Shown: piece after piece, positions 26,296 to 37,890 of the stretch | Layout: every line of letters starts with the position of its first letter | Position numbering within the stretch: position 1 is the stretch's first letter | Assembly: GCF_006345805.1 (NCBI RefSeq) | Contig: NC_043005.1 | Span: 22,754,001 to 22,818,000, forward strand | Length of the DNA stretch: 64,000 nt | DNA from: Octopus sinensis | Lineage: Eukaryota | Reading direction: 5' to 3' | The notes under the pieces: model-generated | The model's database searches: none | Seen by the model: only the letters and a program-made list of their open reading frames with translations | Told to the model about the DNA's origin: nothing | Program-made: the position numbers and the translations under genes

Positions 26296-27754
26296 ATGTC
26301 AGCTACCTACGCATCGAAACTGAGATCTGCAAGTAGGGCTTCTCATCAAGATGATGGTCCTACCAACAGTCAACTCAGCGAACAGTTGCTGTTGCTCAAA
26401 CAAGAGGTTGAGCACCTAAAGTCTGTTGTTGCTCTCTTACTGAATAAACAGTCTCCTGTTGACGCAGAGTCACCCTTGATTTCTTCCCTGGAGACGTCCA
26501 AACCGAAGAGAACAAAATCGAGGCGGCCAAAGAAGGCGAAGGAACCGGCAGTCGTTTCTGCACATGATCGTTCCCGTGCGGATTCTTCCTCATCTGCCTT
26601 TTCGGTCCCGGAGGTTCCCCAACCTAATTTGAGGAGCGTAGACTCAAACCCACTTGAAGACCGTTGTTCTCCCCAAATGAAGAAACGTCGTCAAAACTCC
26701 AGTGGGGCGGATTTAGCTATGAAACCTGACCACAATAAACGGTCTCCTGTTGACGCAGAGTCACCCTTGATTTCTTCCCTGGAGACGTCCAAACCGAAGG
26801 GAACAAAATCGAAGCGACCAAAGAAGGCGAAGGAACCGGCGGTCGTTCCTGCACATGATCGTTCCTGTGCGGATTCTTCCTCATCTGCCTTTTCGGTCCT
26901 GGAGGTTCCCCAACCTAGTTCGAGGAGCGTAGACTCAAACCCACCTGAAGACCGTTGTTCTCCCCAAAAGAAGAAACGTAGTCAAAACTCCAGAGGGGCA
27001 GATTTGGCTATGAAACCTGATCACGATAAAATGTTTGGATTCTCCTTCACTTGTCCTTCCCATTAATGCCATTGCTCAACCAATTCTGAACGATCTCGAT
27101 GTGGGTTCATCTGGGGAGTGGTGCTCCCCCAAACCGAAGAAGAGGCAGTGCAGTTCCAAACCAGGCGGGAAAATTATGACCACTAAATCCATTCCGATCG
27201 ACCCCACAGGCCGACATAAGTCCGATGGCTATGAAACCACTCTTTCGAAATCCTCCAACGAAGAATCGAATACCGCAGCTCATAGTAGAGAACTTTTTGC
27301 CCACTCAAGATCGGCAATAATATATGGCAAAGCGGAATCCACCTGTGATACAGGCATAAACCGCCTAAAAGATGACATTAATTTTGTTTCCATTTTGGTT
27401 GGAAAATTGTTCTCTGTGAACGAAAATGTCAGTGTTCTTAAGGTCGCTCGGCTAGGAAGATTCCAAGCGAACCCAACCGCAGATACTAGACCACGCCCAA
27501 TAAGGGTAATCTTTTCTTCTGATCGGGAGGCTTCAGTCTTTCTGAACAGAGCTCAGACGCATGCCTGGGAGGACCCCAATATGGGTTTTCGCGAGGAATA
27601 CTCACTAAGAGAGAGAATTCGCCGGAGGAACCTGATATCCGAGCTAAAGATGAGGAAACAAATGGGAGAGAAGGGTTTACGAATCCAAGATGGACAGATA
27701 ATCAAGTCCTACCTCTGGTCCCATGCTGTAGTGCTGACAGGGAAAGTGATGTGA
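26296..27754 (+). CDS. CR1 ORF1 (coiled coil, 97-aa duplicated segment, RRM-like C-terminus), split by one extra A near 27030
   Basis: ORF track 26296-27066 and 27035-27754. Deleting one A in gataaaatg joins them (DKCLDSPS). Confidence 0.8.
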
Positions 27755-30640
27755 GGGCAAATCGAAGTGAAGTTGATACCCCCGTCAACGATGCTATCTC
27801 TGATGCCCTTTATTCTGCTTGTTCCCCAACTCCCGCCCCTCAGACTTCACAGCTCAGCATCGTCTACACCAACTCGTGCTCCTTATTCCCAAAGTTCAGT
27901 GAACTATTTACACTGGCCCTACGCGACTCCCCTGATGTGATAGCTATCACCGAGACTTGGCTGACTCCAGCAGTAAAGGACTCAGGAATCCACCTGCAGG
28001 GCTACGTCCTTTTCAGATGTGACAGAGGAAAAAGGCGAGGTGGAGGTGTTGCTGTGTATGTTAAGTCTGAGCACAAACCGTCCTGCGGTATTCTACCCAC
28101 AAATGCTCAACCTACAACCAAATTCGATGCCGTCTATTGCAAGCTGAGCCTATCTGAGTTTTGCCTGCCCGTGTTGGCTGTCTACAGGCCGCCTCTAGCC
28201 GACCCCCAGGACGATGCTCATCTACTCGAGGCGATAAGATTCGTTTCAGCTTCGCATGACTGCTTGGTACTAGGCGACTTCAACGCTCCCATGATCGATT
28301 GGCCCGCATCAATTTGTACAACATCTTCCCGGTTCGGCCAGGCCCTTCTTGACGTGGCTGAAGATTGTTTTCTATCGCAACATGTTGAATATCCGACAAG
28401 GCATCGGTCTGGGCAGCAGCCATCTATGCTAGATCTGGTATTCTCCCGCTATCCAAGATCAGTGTCAGACGTATCTGTGTGCGCCCCTCTTGCCAAGAAG
28501 TGATCATGCGGTCCTGAAGTTCGTCATGCACACAACTTTTTCCACGCCCACGATTACTTCGCTGCCACGTAGAGTCTTCTCTGCAATTAATCTTGAAATT
28601 CTAACCGAGGCTTCCGCGCTTCTGGACTGGCGTTCCCTGATGACGTTGTCCTCAGTTGACGAACTATGGTCATCCCTCAAAGCATATGTAATCTGTTTGA
28701 CTGACCAGGCAGTTCCCGTTGGACTTCCCAAGAGGAAGAAACACAAGCCCTGGGTGACGAAGAAGGTTAAACGAGAACGTCGACTCAGAGATATTGCTTG
28801 GGCTGAATTCAAAAATCTGGATTCGACTGCAGCTTTTGAGGTGTACAAAACTCAACGAGACCGAGCCGTGAAAATTGAAAAGAAAGAACGCTTCAGTTAT
28901 GAATACAAAATCGCGGCAAATGCCAGTAGCAATCCAAAAACCTTCTTTGCCCATGTCCAGCGGAATTCCCGCTTGAACAACCAGATTGTAACATTGGTAG
29001 ACTCAACAGGCGTATCGATTGAGGACCCTTATCAACAGAGTCAATTATTTGCCGAGGCTTTGTCAACTATTTTCAAACAAGATGATGGTCGTGAACCCCC
29101 TCCATTTGATAGATCGGTACCTCCAATGCTTCGATTGATCATCACGCGGGACCAAGTCAAACGTGTTATTCAAGGCCTCGATGTCAACAAGGGTCACGGC
29201 CCTGACGGCATACACCCACGGGTTATCAAAGCGTTGGCTCCGGTCATCTGCGAGCCCTTAACACGACTATTCAATATGTCATTGGCGACGGGTGTTATAC
29301 CTGCAGACTGGAGAACAGCGATAATCTGCCCAATTTTCAAGAAAGGGAGCCGCGAAGACCCGCTTAACTACCGACCGGTTTCCCTTACATCAATAATCAG
29401 CAAGATGTTCGAAACCATCCTTAAGAAAAGTATGATGCTCCACCTCCTAAGCACAGCCTCGATCACTGATTCCCAACACGGCTTCGTGCCGAAGAGATCA
29501 TGCTTGACCAACTTACTAGTAATGGAAGAATTGGTGACGCGCATCCTCGATGATAGTGATGCTGTTGACATCGTTTTATTGGACTTTGCCAAAGCTTTTG
29601 ACTCGGTAAACCACCGCCTACTACTTGTCAAGCTTCAAGCATATAGTTTCCACCCGGATATTGTACGATGGGTTGGTGCCTTCCTCTCAGATCGCTCCTT
29701 CCAAGTTCAAGTTAATGGTTCGCGGTCCGACGTCTCCAGTGCGAGCAGTGGCGTGCCTCAAGGTTCAGTGCTTGGGCCCTTGTTGTTCTTAGTCTTCATA
29801 AATGACTTGCCCGACGACCTCACGCAACACACCCTTCTATTTGCCGACGATATCAAACTGGTCGCTCCTCGCGGTAGTATAGAGGATCTTCGTCGATGCC
29901 TCCACCAAATTTGGAAGTGGTCTAACGATTGGGACCTGTGTCTGAACGTGTCAAAGTGCTGTCATCTGCCTGTCGGCTCTACTCCTGCAACTCAACTTGA
30001 TTTCGAGCCGGGTCGTCTGCTGCTGGAGAGGACCGATCAGGTAAAGGACCTGGGTATCTTGGTGGATTCCTCCTTTTCGCCTTCGGCCCAGTGCGTCCAT
30101 GCTGCCAACAAAGCGCGCGGAATTCTGTTTTTGATTCGACGGTCATTCGGAGTGCTCACAGCAGCCATATTCCTGCCACTCTATGTCACGCTGGTGAGAC
30201 CCATATTGGAGTATGGGATTCAAGCCTCTTCTCCTTATCTCCTCAAAGACATACAGCACCTCGAAAGAGTCCAGAGGCTGGCTACCCGCCTGGTTCATGG
30301 TCTCAAAAATTTGTCCTACGAAGAAAAGCTGAGGACGCTCGACCTTTATTCTCTTGAAAAACGCCGCCGCCGTGGTGATCTCATTCTCGCCCACAACATC
30401 ATAAGCGGGAAGTGTAACCTCTCGAAAGAGCTGTTCTTCACTCCTGCTCCGGAGCGTCGGCTGCGGGGTCATTCCGAAAAGCTCTACCTGCGACGATTTC
30501 ATCTCAATCGAAGGAGAGGAGCTTTCTCCGTCCGGGTTGCGGATCCGTGGAACAAGCTGCCAGATGAGATGGTGAAGATGCCAACGACCGCTTTGTTCAA
30601 AGCCTCCCTGGACCTCAAGTGGCCTGAACTCTTTACATGA
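27751..30640 (+). CDS. CR1 ORF2 endonuclease-reverse transcriptase, split by one extra A near 28497
   Basis: ORF track 27751-28503 and 28490-30640. Deleting one A in gccaagaagtgatcat restores PLAKSDH. Confidence 0.9.
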
Positions 30641-30724
30641 ACACCACCCTGTACTTAACTCCATGTCCCCCTACATGGCCTTGCTATTTGCTTTTGAGCC
30701 AAATTAACTAACTAACTAACATAC

Positions 30725-31523
30725 AAAGAAAACCAAATCTGTTTATCTATCAGTGATTCTACTGCACCTCTTACGCGTCCATAGTCTACACTGGGTGCAG
30801 TGAAAAGAATTACTTCCAACTCCTTTCCTACATATTGAGCCTGGCCATATACTTGATGGAAAGAGAGTATTATCTGCTTTCTTGTTAACAACAACTTTGG
30901 TCTTTGTTAGATTAACTTTAAGGCCCTTTGATTCCAGGTTTTGCTTCTACACCTGGAATTTCTTCTCCAAATCTGCTACAGATTCTGCAATAAGAGCAAG
31001 GTCATCAATATGTAGTAGTTCCTGATGGGTATCCAGTTTTGAATTCCTTTATTACGGCCTGAAGGACTCTATGAAGAATAAGACTGGGTTGAAAACTGAA
31101 CCCTGGTGAACCCCTACCTTTACACTAAATTCTTCATTGTACTTGTGGCTGACTTCAACTGTACTGACAGTACCACTGTGCATAGCGTATACAGCTCTAA
31201 CTAGCCACTCTTCTACTCCTAACTTACTTAGAGACCACCAGATAACAGAGCAAGGGACTCTGCCAAAAGATTTCTCCTTTCAGCAAAAGGTAAGTACAAT
31301 GGCTTACTTTTGGCCAATTACCTTTCCTGGAGCTGTCTCACTAGGAAGATGGCATCTGTAGTACTCTTCCCAGGCACAAAACCAAACTGCATCTCATCTA
31401 GTTTAATTCTATTCCCAATCAATTGAGCTATAACTCTCTCTGCAATTTTTATGACCAGATCCAGCAGCTTGATATCTTTGTGGTTGTTTCTATCTAAGGC
31501 ATCACTTTTACCCTCGTAGCAAC
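30725..31523 (-). mobile_element. Old RTE-like LINE RT fragment (same family as 9168)
   Basis: Minus strand YEGKSDALDRNNHKDIKLLDLVIK, EMQFGFVPGKST, GVHQGSV and LLHIDDLALI, with stops. Confidence 0.75.
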
Positions 31524-31524
31524 T

Positions 31525-31561
<37 letters not shown>

Positions 31562-31926
31562 TGTATGTATGTATGTATGTATGTATGTATGTATGTATGT
31601 ATGTATGCGTGCGTGTGTGTGCATGTATTCTTCATATTCGTGTGTTTGTGTGTTCATGTTTGTATATGGCCATGTGTTTCACTCTTCATTTGTGCGCGTT
31701 TGTGTGTGTGCGTTTTCTTGTCTGTCCGTATTATCTATGTTCTTATCTGTTTACTTACGTATCCATTTATATATATATATATATATAATTAAATAAGAAA
31801 CTGTCATAGCCACATATAAAAAAATAAACAGGTTCAACACATGTTTGCTCGTGCCATTATGATACACAATAGTTCATTGATGATGTTATGACAGTTAAGA
31901 TATAAACATTATCGAGAGAAAAAGAA

Positions 31927-32510
31927 TCTCTTATTATAAAAGGCAGATTTTATCTGCCTCCCTTTGGGAGTTATAGAAATCTACAATATAGGATTTCTTC
32001 AATTACAATTTACCTAGCATTTTTAAGAGTAGAATGCATCGCGTCATGCCAGGTCCAGTTTTTAAAATTTAAACTCCAATTAAGCAAAATTTACAGAAAA
32101 CTCACATTCTGGTGTGTGTGTCAAATGCTTTTCTTAGTCTGGTTTACACCACACGCAAACGCACACACACAGTGTGCAACGAATAAAATGAAAGTAAATA
32201 GCGACAGAGTGATTTGAGGAAGACTAAACTGAAAGTATTTAAACCACTACTCAAAAAATAAAAAAACACAGCAAACAGAAACAAATAAATACATAACCAT
32301 ATTTTTCCATTTTAATGCATTTTTTCGCTTTTATATAAGGGAAGTAACTCTCTAAAAATATCTACGATGTGTCAACGATTTTAAAAAATTTATCTTAATT
32401 TTTTTTCAATTTTTAATGCATTTTTTGGCTATTTTTTGGCTATAACTCTCTAAAAATGCTTATATAGTTATTTCCCTTACCACCCTAGCAACGCCGGGCG
32501 ATATTGCTAG
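31927..32510 (+). mobile_element. Non-autonomous Helitron
   Basis: 5' A|TCTCTTATTATAAAA. 3' GC-rich hairpin ccctagcaacgccggg followed by CTAG|T. Inserted between A and T, no TSD. Confidence 0.75.
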
Positions 32511-32772
32511 TAGTAGATAAAACTAGTGAATAGGTGAGAACGTTGTAGATTAATTGTTAAGGAGAGAGCAGCTAGACACATTAATTCATCAAGCATATGC
32601 CTATCAGTAATACTACAGATTAACAAAATATATCATATTAAACTCCACCCAACGCCATCCAAAATTGCTACGTCAATGTTTACTCAAATGCACAGCTGCT
32701 GTCAAATGATTGAAACAAGTAAAATAAAAAAAGGACTGCAGCTGGAAGTTCTCAGATGATACCAAGGCGAAA

Positions 32773-33296
32773 GGAGAAATAAATTGAAAGGTATACTGAA
32801 CAAATGCTCCAATTGGTCATAACCGCTTTATATCATACCCAAATTATCATAAATCAAATAGAAATATATATTAAAACTACAGGGCACCCAATGGTATAAT
32901 CCAGCAGTATAAAATATACACATATACACGAATAAAAGGTGATACAACCTAAAATACGAGTGTAGTTGAACAAAGAAAAATATATGGAATAAATTAATGC
33001 ATAATATAAGCAACTAAAAATTTATATTCATATATTCTAGGGCCATAGCCTTAAATTTTTAGTCACTTTTATTATGCATTAAATTATTCCATATATTCGA
33101 CTTCACTCGTACAACCTTTTAAGGTTTTATCACCTTTTATTCGTGTATATGTGTATATTTTATACTGCTGGATTTTACCATTGGGTACCCTGTTGTTTTA
33201 ATCTATATTTATATTTGATTTATAATAATTTGAGAATGATATAAAGTGGTGTTGAACGATTGGATTGTTTATCATTATACCTTTCAATTTATTTCT

Positions 33297-33298
<2 letters not shown>
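32773..33298. repeat. ~525-bp imperfect palindrome (foldback element)
   Basis: ggagaaataaattgaaaggtata pairs with tatacctttcaatttatttctcc. Inner arms pair continuously to a centre near 33035. Confidence 0.85.
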
Positions 33299-33352
<54 letters not shown>

Positions 33353-33675
33353 GGATACGTAAGTAAACAGATGAGAACATAGATAATACGGACCGACAAG
33401 AAAACACACACACACAAACGTGCACGAATGAAGAGTGAAACACATGGCCATATACAAACATGAACACACAAACACATGAATATGAAGAATACATGCACAC
33501 ACACACACGTACATATACATACATACATACATACATACATACATACATACATACATACATACATACATACATACATACATACATACAGTTGCTACGAGGG
33601 TAAAAGTGATGCCTTAGATAGAAACAACCACAAAGATATCAAACTGCTGGATCTGGTCATAAAAATTGCAGAGAG

Positions 33676-35962
33676 ATATTTGGCATGGGAGAGAGAAACG
33701 AGAGAGGAGAACGTTTGGCTACCATGACAGAGGCGAGGCAGCTCTACATCGGAAACAGCCTATTCAGGAAGAGGGAGAGGAAGAGGTGGACTTGGATATC
33801 GCCGAACTCTAAGCACCGAAGCGTGACGCCATTCAACACCGGCAGCGATCATCGTCTGGTAAGGGCGAGGGTCATCATCGACGAGAAGAGGGAGAAGATG
33901 GCGTTATATTTGGCGTCGAAGGGAAAACGTGTCCGAGTCTACAACGAGGCAAAGCTGCAGGAAGCCATCATGCAGGAAGACTGGTGCCAAGGAGACGACA
34001 TAGACGATTACTACAACTCACTGATAGGGAAACTGAAGGAGTGTTTAAGGAAGGCTAAGGGTGTATGCCCAAGAGAAAAGAAGGGAAGAATCTCGGAAGA
34101 AACTACGAAGTTACTCGAGAAGAGGAAAAATATGAAGAGGACTATTGAAGATCACCTTGAATATTCCATTCTCAGCAGAGTGATTCGTCAGCAACTAAAG
34201 AAAGACTTTGAGGCATACCGGATGGAGAAGCTCTTGAAGGCCGCAGAGGAAAAGAAGAGCCTCAAGAAATGCAAGAGGGACATGGTACTATATAGATCGG
34301 AGGTGACGGCCCTGAAAAATACAGATGGAATATCGGTCAACGAGAAGAACGAGATGGAAAAAGTTTGTGAAGACTTCTACACCAAGCTCTTTAAGTCTAC
34401 CAGAAATGTCCAGCCGTTACCACCACTCCAACAGGAAGAAAACGTGCCACCTATCCTTGTCAGTGAGGTTGAAAGAGCCATCGGCTCGATGAAAAACGGA
34501 AAGGCTCCAGGGAAAGACGGTATAACATCGGAGGTGCTAAAGTCAGGCAGAGAGCAGCTCTGGAAAATCCTCGCTGAGCGATTTACGCACTATCTAGACG
34601 AGGGAAGAATTCCCTCGCAGTGGAAAGAGTCAAATACCATCCTGCTGTATAAGAAGGGCGACAGAGAAGATCTAAAGAACTACCGACCCATATGCCTGCT
34701 GTCTCACGTGTGCAAGCTGTTCACGAATATAATTCTGAACAGGTTGTCACGTCGTCTCGACGAACAACAACCGAGGGAGCAAGCAGGCTTCCGGAAGAAC
34801 TACAGCACAATGGACCATATATTTGCTCTAACGCAACTGCTTGAGCGAGCAAATGAGTACAAGCTGCCTCTTTGCGTTGCGTTTATAGATTATGAGAAGG
34901 CCTTCGATAGCGTCGAAACCAACGCAGTGCTGAACTAGCTGCAGAGGTAAAGAATCGAAGCGCAATATGTGCAGCTGCTCAGAGAGGCAAATTCCGGATG
35001 CACCACCGACATAGCTCTACTGTCATCACCCATACGAGTGCCGGTCGAGAAGGGGGTGAAGCAAGGAGATACAATCTCCCCAAAACTTTTCACTGCATGT
35101 CTCGAACAGATCATCAGAGGCATCGAATGGCAAGGTGGTGTCAACATCAATGGCGAGCTCCTCACTCACCTCCGTTTCGCTGACGACATCGTACTCATCG
35201 CTGAAAACATGGATCAGCTTCAGACCGTGCTGACGGAGCTCGACATCAAAAGTTCTGCAGTAGGTCTCAAGATGAACCGCATGAAAACAAAGTTCATGCG
35301 GTCAGACAATGTACCAACAGGTCGAATGGTGATCGGCAGTGATGAAATAGAGGAGGTGAGAGAATATGTCTACCTGGGACAGGAAGTAAATATGTGCCGG
35401 GATATCAAAAAGGAGATCTCACGGAGAGTAAGAGCCGGATGGAAGGCGTTCAATGGCATAAGGGATGTGCTCAAGGGAAGGTTGGACAGGACCACCCGCG
35501 CCAACCTCATTAACAGTGCAGTTCTGCCTGCAATGTTATATGGTAGTGAAACATGGGCTACCACAAAGAGAGAAGAGCAAAGACTGGTAACGGCTCAAAG
35601 AGCCATGGAAAGGTCAATGCTTGGTTTCTCGTTGAGAGAGCACATAAGTAGCAAGATCATCAGAAAGAAGTCCGGCGTGAGAGATGTCATCACAGAGTAT
35701 ACACGCAGCAAGTATAGATGGGCTGGACACGTCGCCCGGCTCACCGATAATCAGTGGACGCACGCAGTTGTCGAGTGGTACCCGCGTGAGCGGAAAAGAC
35801 CACCCGGAAGACCTCCACGACGGTGGAGTGACGATTTCAGGAGGACGATTGGGATCCCGTGGATGAGAAAGGCGCGATCCAGAGAGGAGTGGACAGCGTG
35901 CTGTGACCAGCGGTGTCAAATGGACGCCTGACGGACTGGTCGGTCAAAGTGATCAAAGTGAT
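33676..35962 (+). mobile_element. 5'-truncated RTE-clade LINE (RTE-1-like), one disruption at ~34936-34950, (TCAAAGTGA)2 tail
   Basis: SDHRLV, KAPGKDG, NYRPICLLS, EQAGFR, DYEKAFDS, GVKQGDTISP, FADD, WAGHVAR and KRPPGRPPRRWSD. Confidence 0.95.
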
Positions 35963-35973
35963 ATATATATACA

Positions 35974-36044
<71 letters not shown>

Positions 36045-36065
36045 CATACATACATATACATACAT

Positions 36066-36147
<82 letters not shown>
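35960..36147. repeat. (TA)n / (TACA)n microsatellite
   Basis: Directly visible in the sequence. Confidence 0.95.
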
Positions 36148-36154
36148 GTACATT

Positions 36155-36452
36155 TGTGGAGGCGCAATGGCCAAGTGGTTAGAGCAGCGGACTCGCGGTT
36201 TTGATTCCCAGACCAAGCGTTGTGGGTGTTTATTGAGCGAAAACACCTCAAGCTCCACGAGTCTCCGGCAGTGGGGTGGTGGCGATCCCTGCTGTACTCT
36301 TTCGCAACAACTTTCTCTCACTCTTTCTGTTGGCCTGCTCGCTTAGCCAGTGGGGTGGCGTCATTTGAAGGCTAAAGCAATGCGAAGCGCATTGTGACCA
36401 GCGATGTGTAGCAACATCTGATAGCCTGGTCCGTCACGGTGATCACGGTGAT
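36155..36452 (+). mobile_element. tRNA-derived SINE with RTE-derived 3' tail
   Basis: A box tggccaagtgg. 3' end tgtgaccagcgatgt...ctggtccgtcacggtgatcacggtgat is homologous to the adjacent RTE 3' end. Confidence 0.85.
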
Positions 36453-36515
36453 ATATACATATATATATACACACATATATATACACATATATATACACAC
36501 ACACACACAGATATA

Positions 36516-36547
<32 letters not shown>

Positions 36548-36599
36548 CATATATATATATATACATATATAAATATATCTTTTTACTCTAATCTTTTTA

Positions 36600-36990
36600 T
36601 CCCTACTCCCAATTGTACTTTTTACTCCTACTCCCAGTTATACTAGAAAGATTAGAAGAATAAAGCAGTACATTGCTTCCCGTAATTCTGATATTTTGCT
36701 TTTGATATTGATTTTTAATATTCGTATATTTAATATATTTCGATTTATTCCTATTCCTATTTCCTGTTATTATTCTCCAATCCATGTTAGTATGGGAAAC
36801 GACTAGGTCGTTAGAAGTCCCAATACCATCAGGACAATATACCAATTTCCATTTATATCCAGCTTTACTTAGTGCGACATTATAATAGTCGATATTTTTA
36901 TTGAAAACCTCATTATTAAATGATAAATTTAAACTAAATTTTTTTACAAAACCAGGATGGTTGCTTTCAAAGTTAATATACCTAAGACTA
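36600..36990 (-). mobile_element. Penelope-like element fragment (RT thumb), inverted relative to the neighbouring piece
   Basis: LRYINFESNHP...FNKNIDYYNVALSKAGY. Confidence 0.65.
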
Positions 36991-37134
36991 GAGTTTGATA
37001 TATGTTATGGATATTAACCTGTTATGGATATTAACGGTGAAAGGAGCATTATCCCTAAAAAGACCGCCTTCTAAATCAGGAAAGTCCCTTCCTAGGATAG
37101 ATAGAATATAAATCGCAACCAAAAAAAAAAAGCA

Positions 37135-37890
37135 ATGGAGAAAATTGAAGTGGATGTTTCTAAGAGAGATGTTCCGATCCCAACCAGAAAGGAATATATG
37201 AAGGACCTTATTCGAAAAACAATGGGATTTATCCATAGATTTAGATGGAAGGCTTGCCATTATGATAAAAAATATGATACACCAACAAGTAGCATAACTG
37301 AAGAAAAAGACCAATTTATTAGTGGATTATTTAAGATAAAAGAATACCTGTTACCAACTGGTCACCATGCCAGTTTTGAGGATGAATTATGGAAGATTAT
37401 TAGAAATGTAAAATTTAAAATGTATCCCCTTAGAGGTAATGGACACTTGAAAGAACTGAAATGCATCATATCAGAACTTGGAAATAAAAGCAGAGTAATT
37501 CTTCACTCAGATAAGATTGGAAACTTGTATAATCTGGACATAAACTACTACCATGAGCTTTTGAAAAAAAATTGCAAAAAGTTATAAAATCTCTAAAAGG
37601 AGTATGTTGAGAACTACAAACTTAATTTCTAAACAAATTATGGAAAATTACAAATTAGATGATAAAACTGAACCTTTTGTTCCTAAAAGACAGAATTATT
37701 TTAAAAGATCATAAGGAGAATTTTTATAGTAACCCTAAAGTTAGATTGATTTGCCGAGGTAAATTTGACTTGGGTAAACTTAGTAAAGCAATTTTAGATA
37801 AGTATATTCCTGTTCTTAAAGATAATGTAAGATTGCAACTCTGGTCTAATTCCTATAAGGCAATTGATTGGTTTAATAGAATTAAATTTA
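37135..37890 (+). mobile_element. Penelope-like element N-terminal/RT fragment
   Basis: SKRDVPIP.RKEY...RFRWKA, SDKIGNLY and LKDHKENFYSNPKVRLI. Confidence 0.75.

Larger units (their letters stand above)
26077..30718 (+). mobile_element. Near-intact full-length CR1-clade LINE with (TAAC)n tail and probable acatac TSD (26071-26076 / 30719-30724)
   Basis: ORF1 26296-27754 has one +1 shift and the CR1-type C-terminus ER..RRNL..EL..R...GE..L.I..G.I. ORF2 to 30640 has one +1 shift, with APE (TETW, YRPP, GDFN, SDH) and RT (NYRPVSLTS, QHGF, DFAKAFD, GVPQGSVLGP, FADD). Short-repeat tail. Confidence 0.95.
31436..33675. repeat. Inverted duplication, arms ~31436-31787 and ~33300-33675
   Basis: An RTE fragment, (TATG)n, a unique GT-rich segment and (TA)n are present in near-identical reverse complement. 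Confidence 0.9.

Noticed and set aside
30143-30664. Long antisense ORFs over LINE RT regions (also 17998-18474, 35614-35919)
   Set aside because: Expected shadow ORFs of GC-rich coding sequence, with no independent motifs.
31533-31796. ORFs made of MYVC/YIYI/THTH repeats (also 22114, 33198, 35903-36566, 38471, 58293)
   Set aside because: Translations of microsatellites, not genes.
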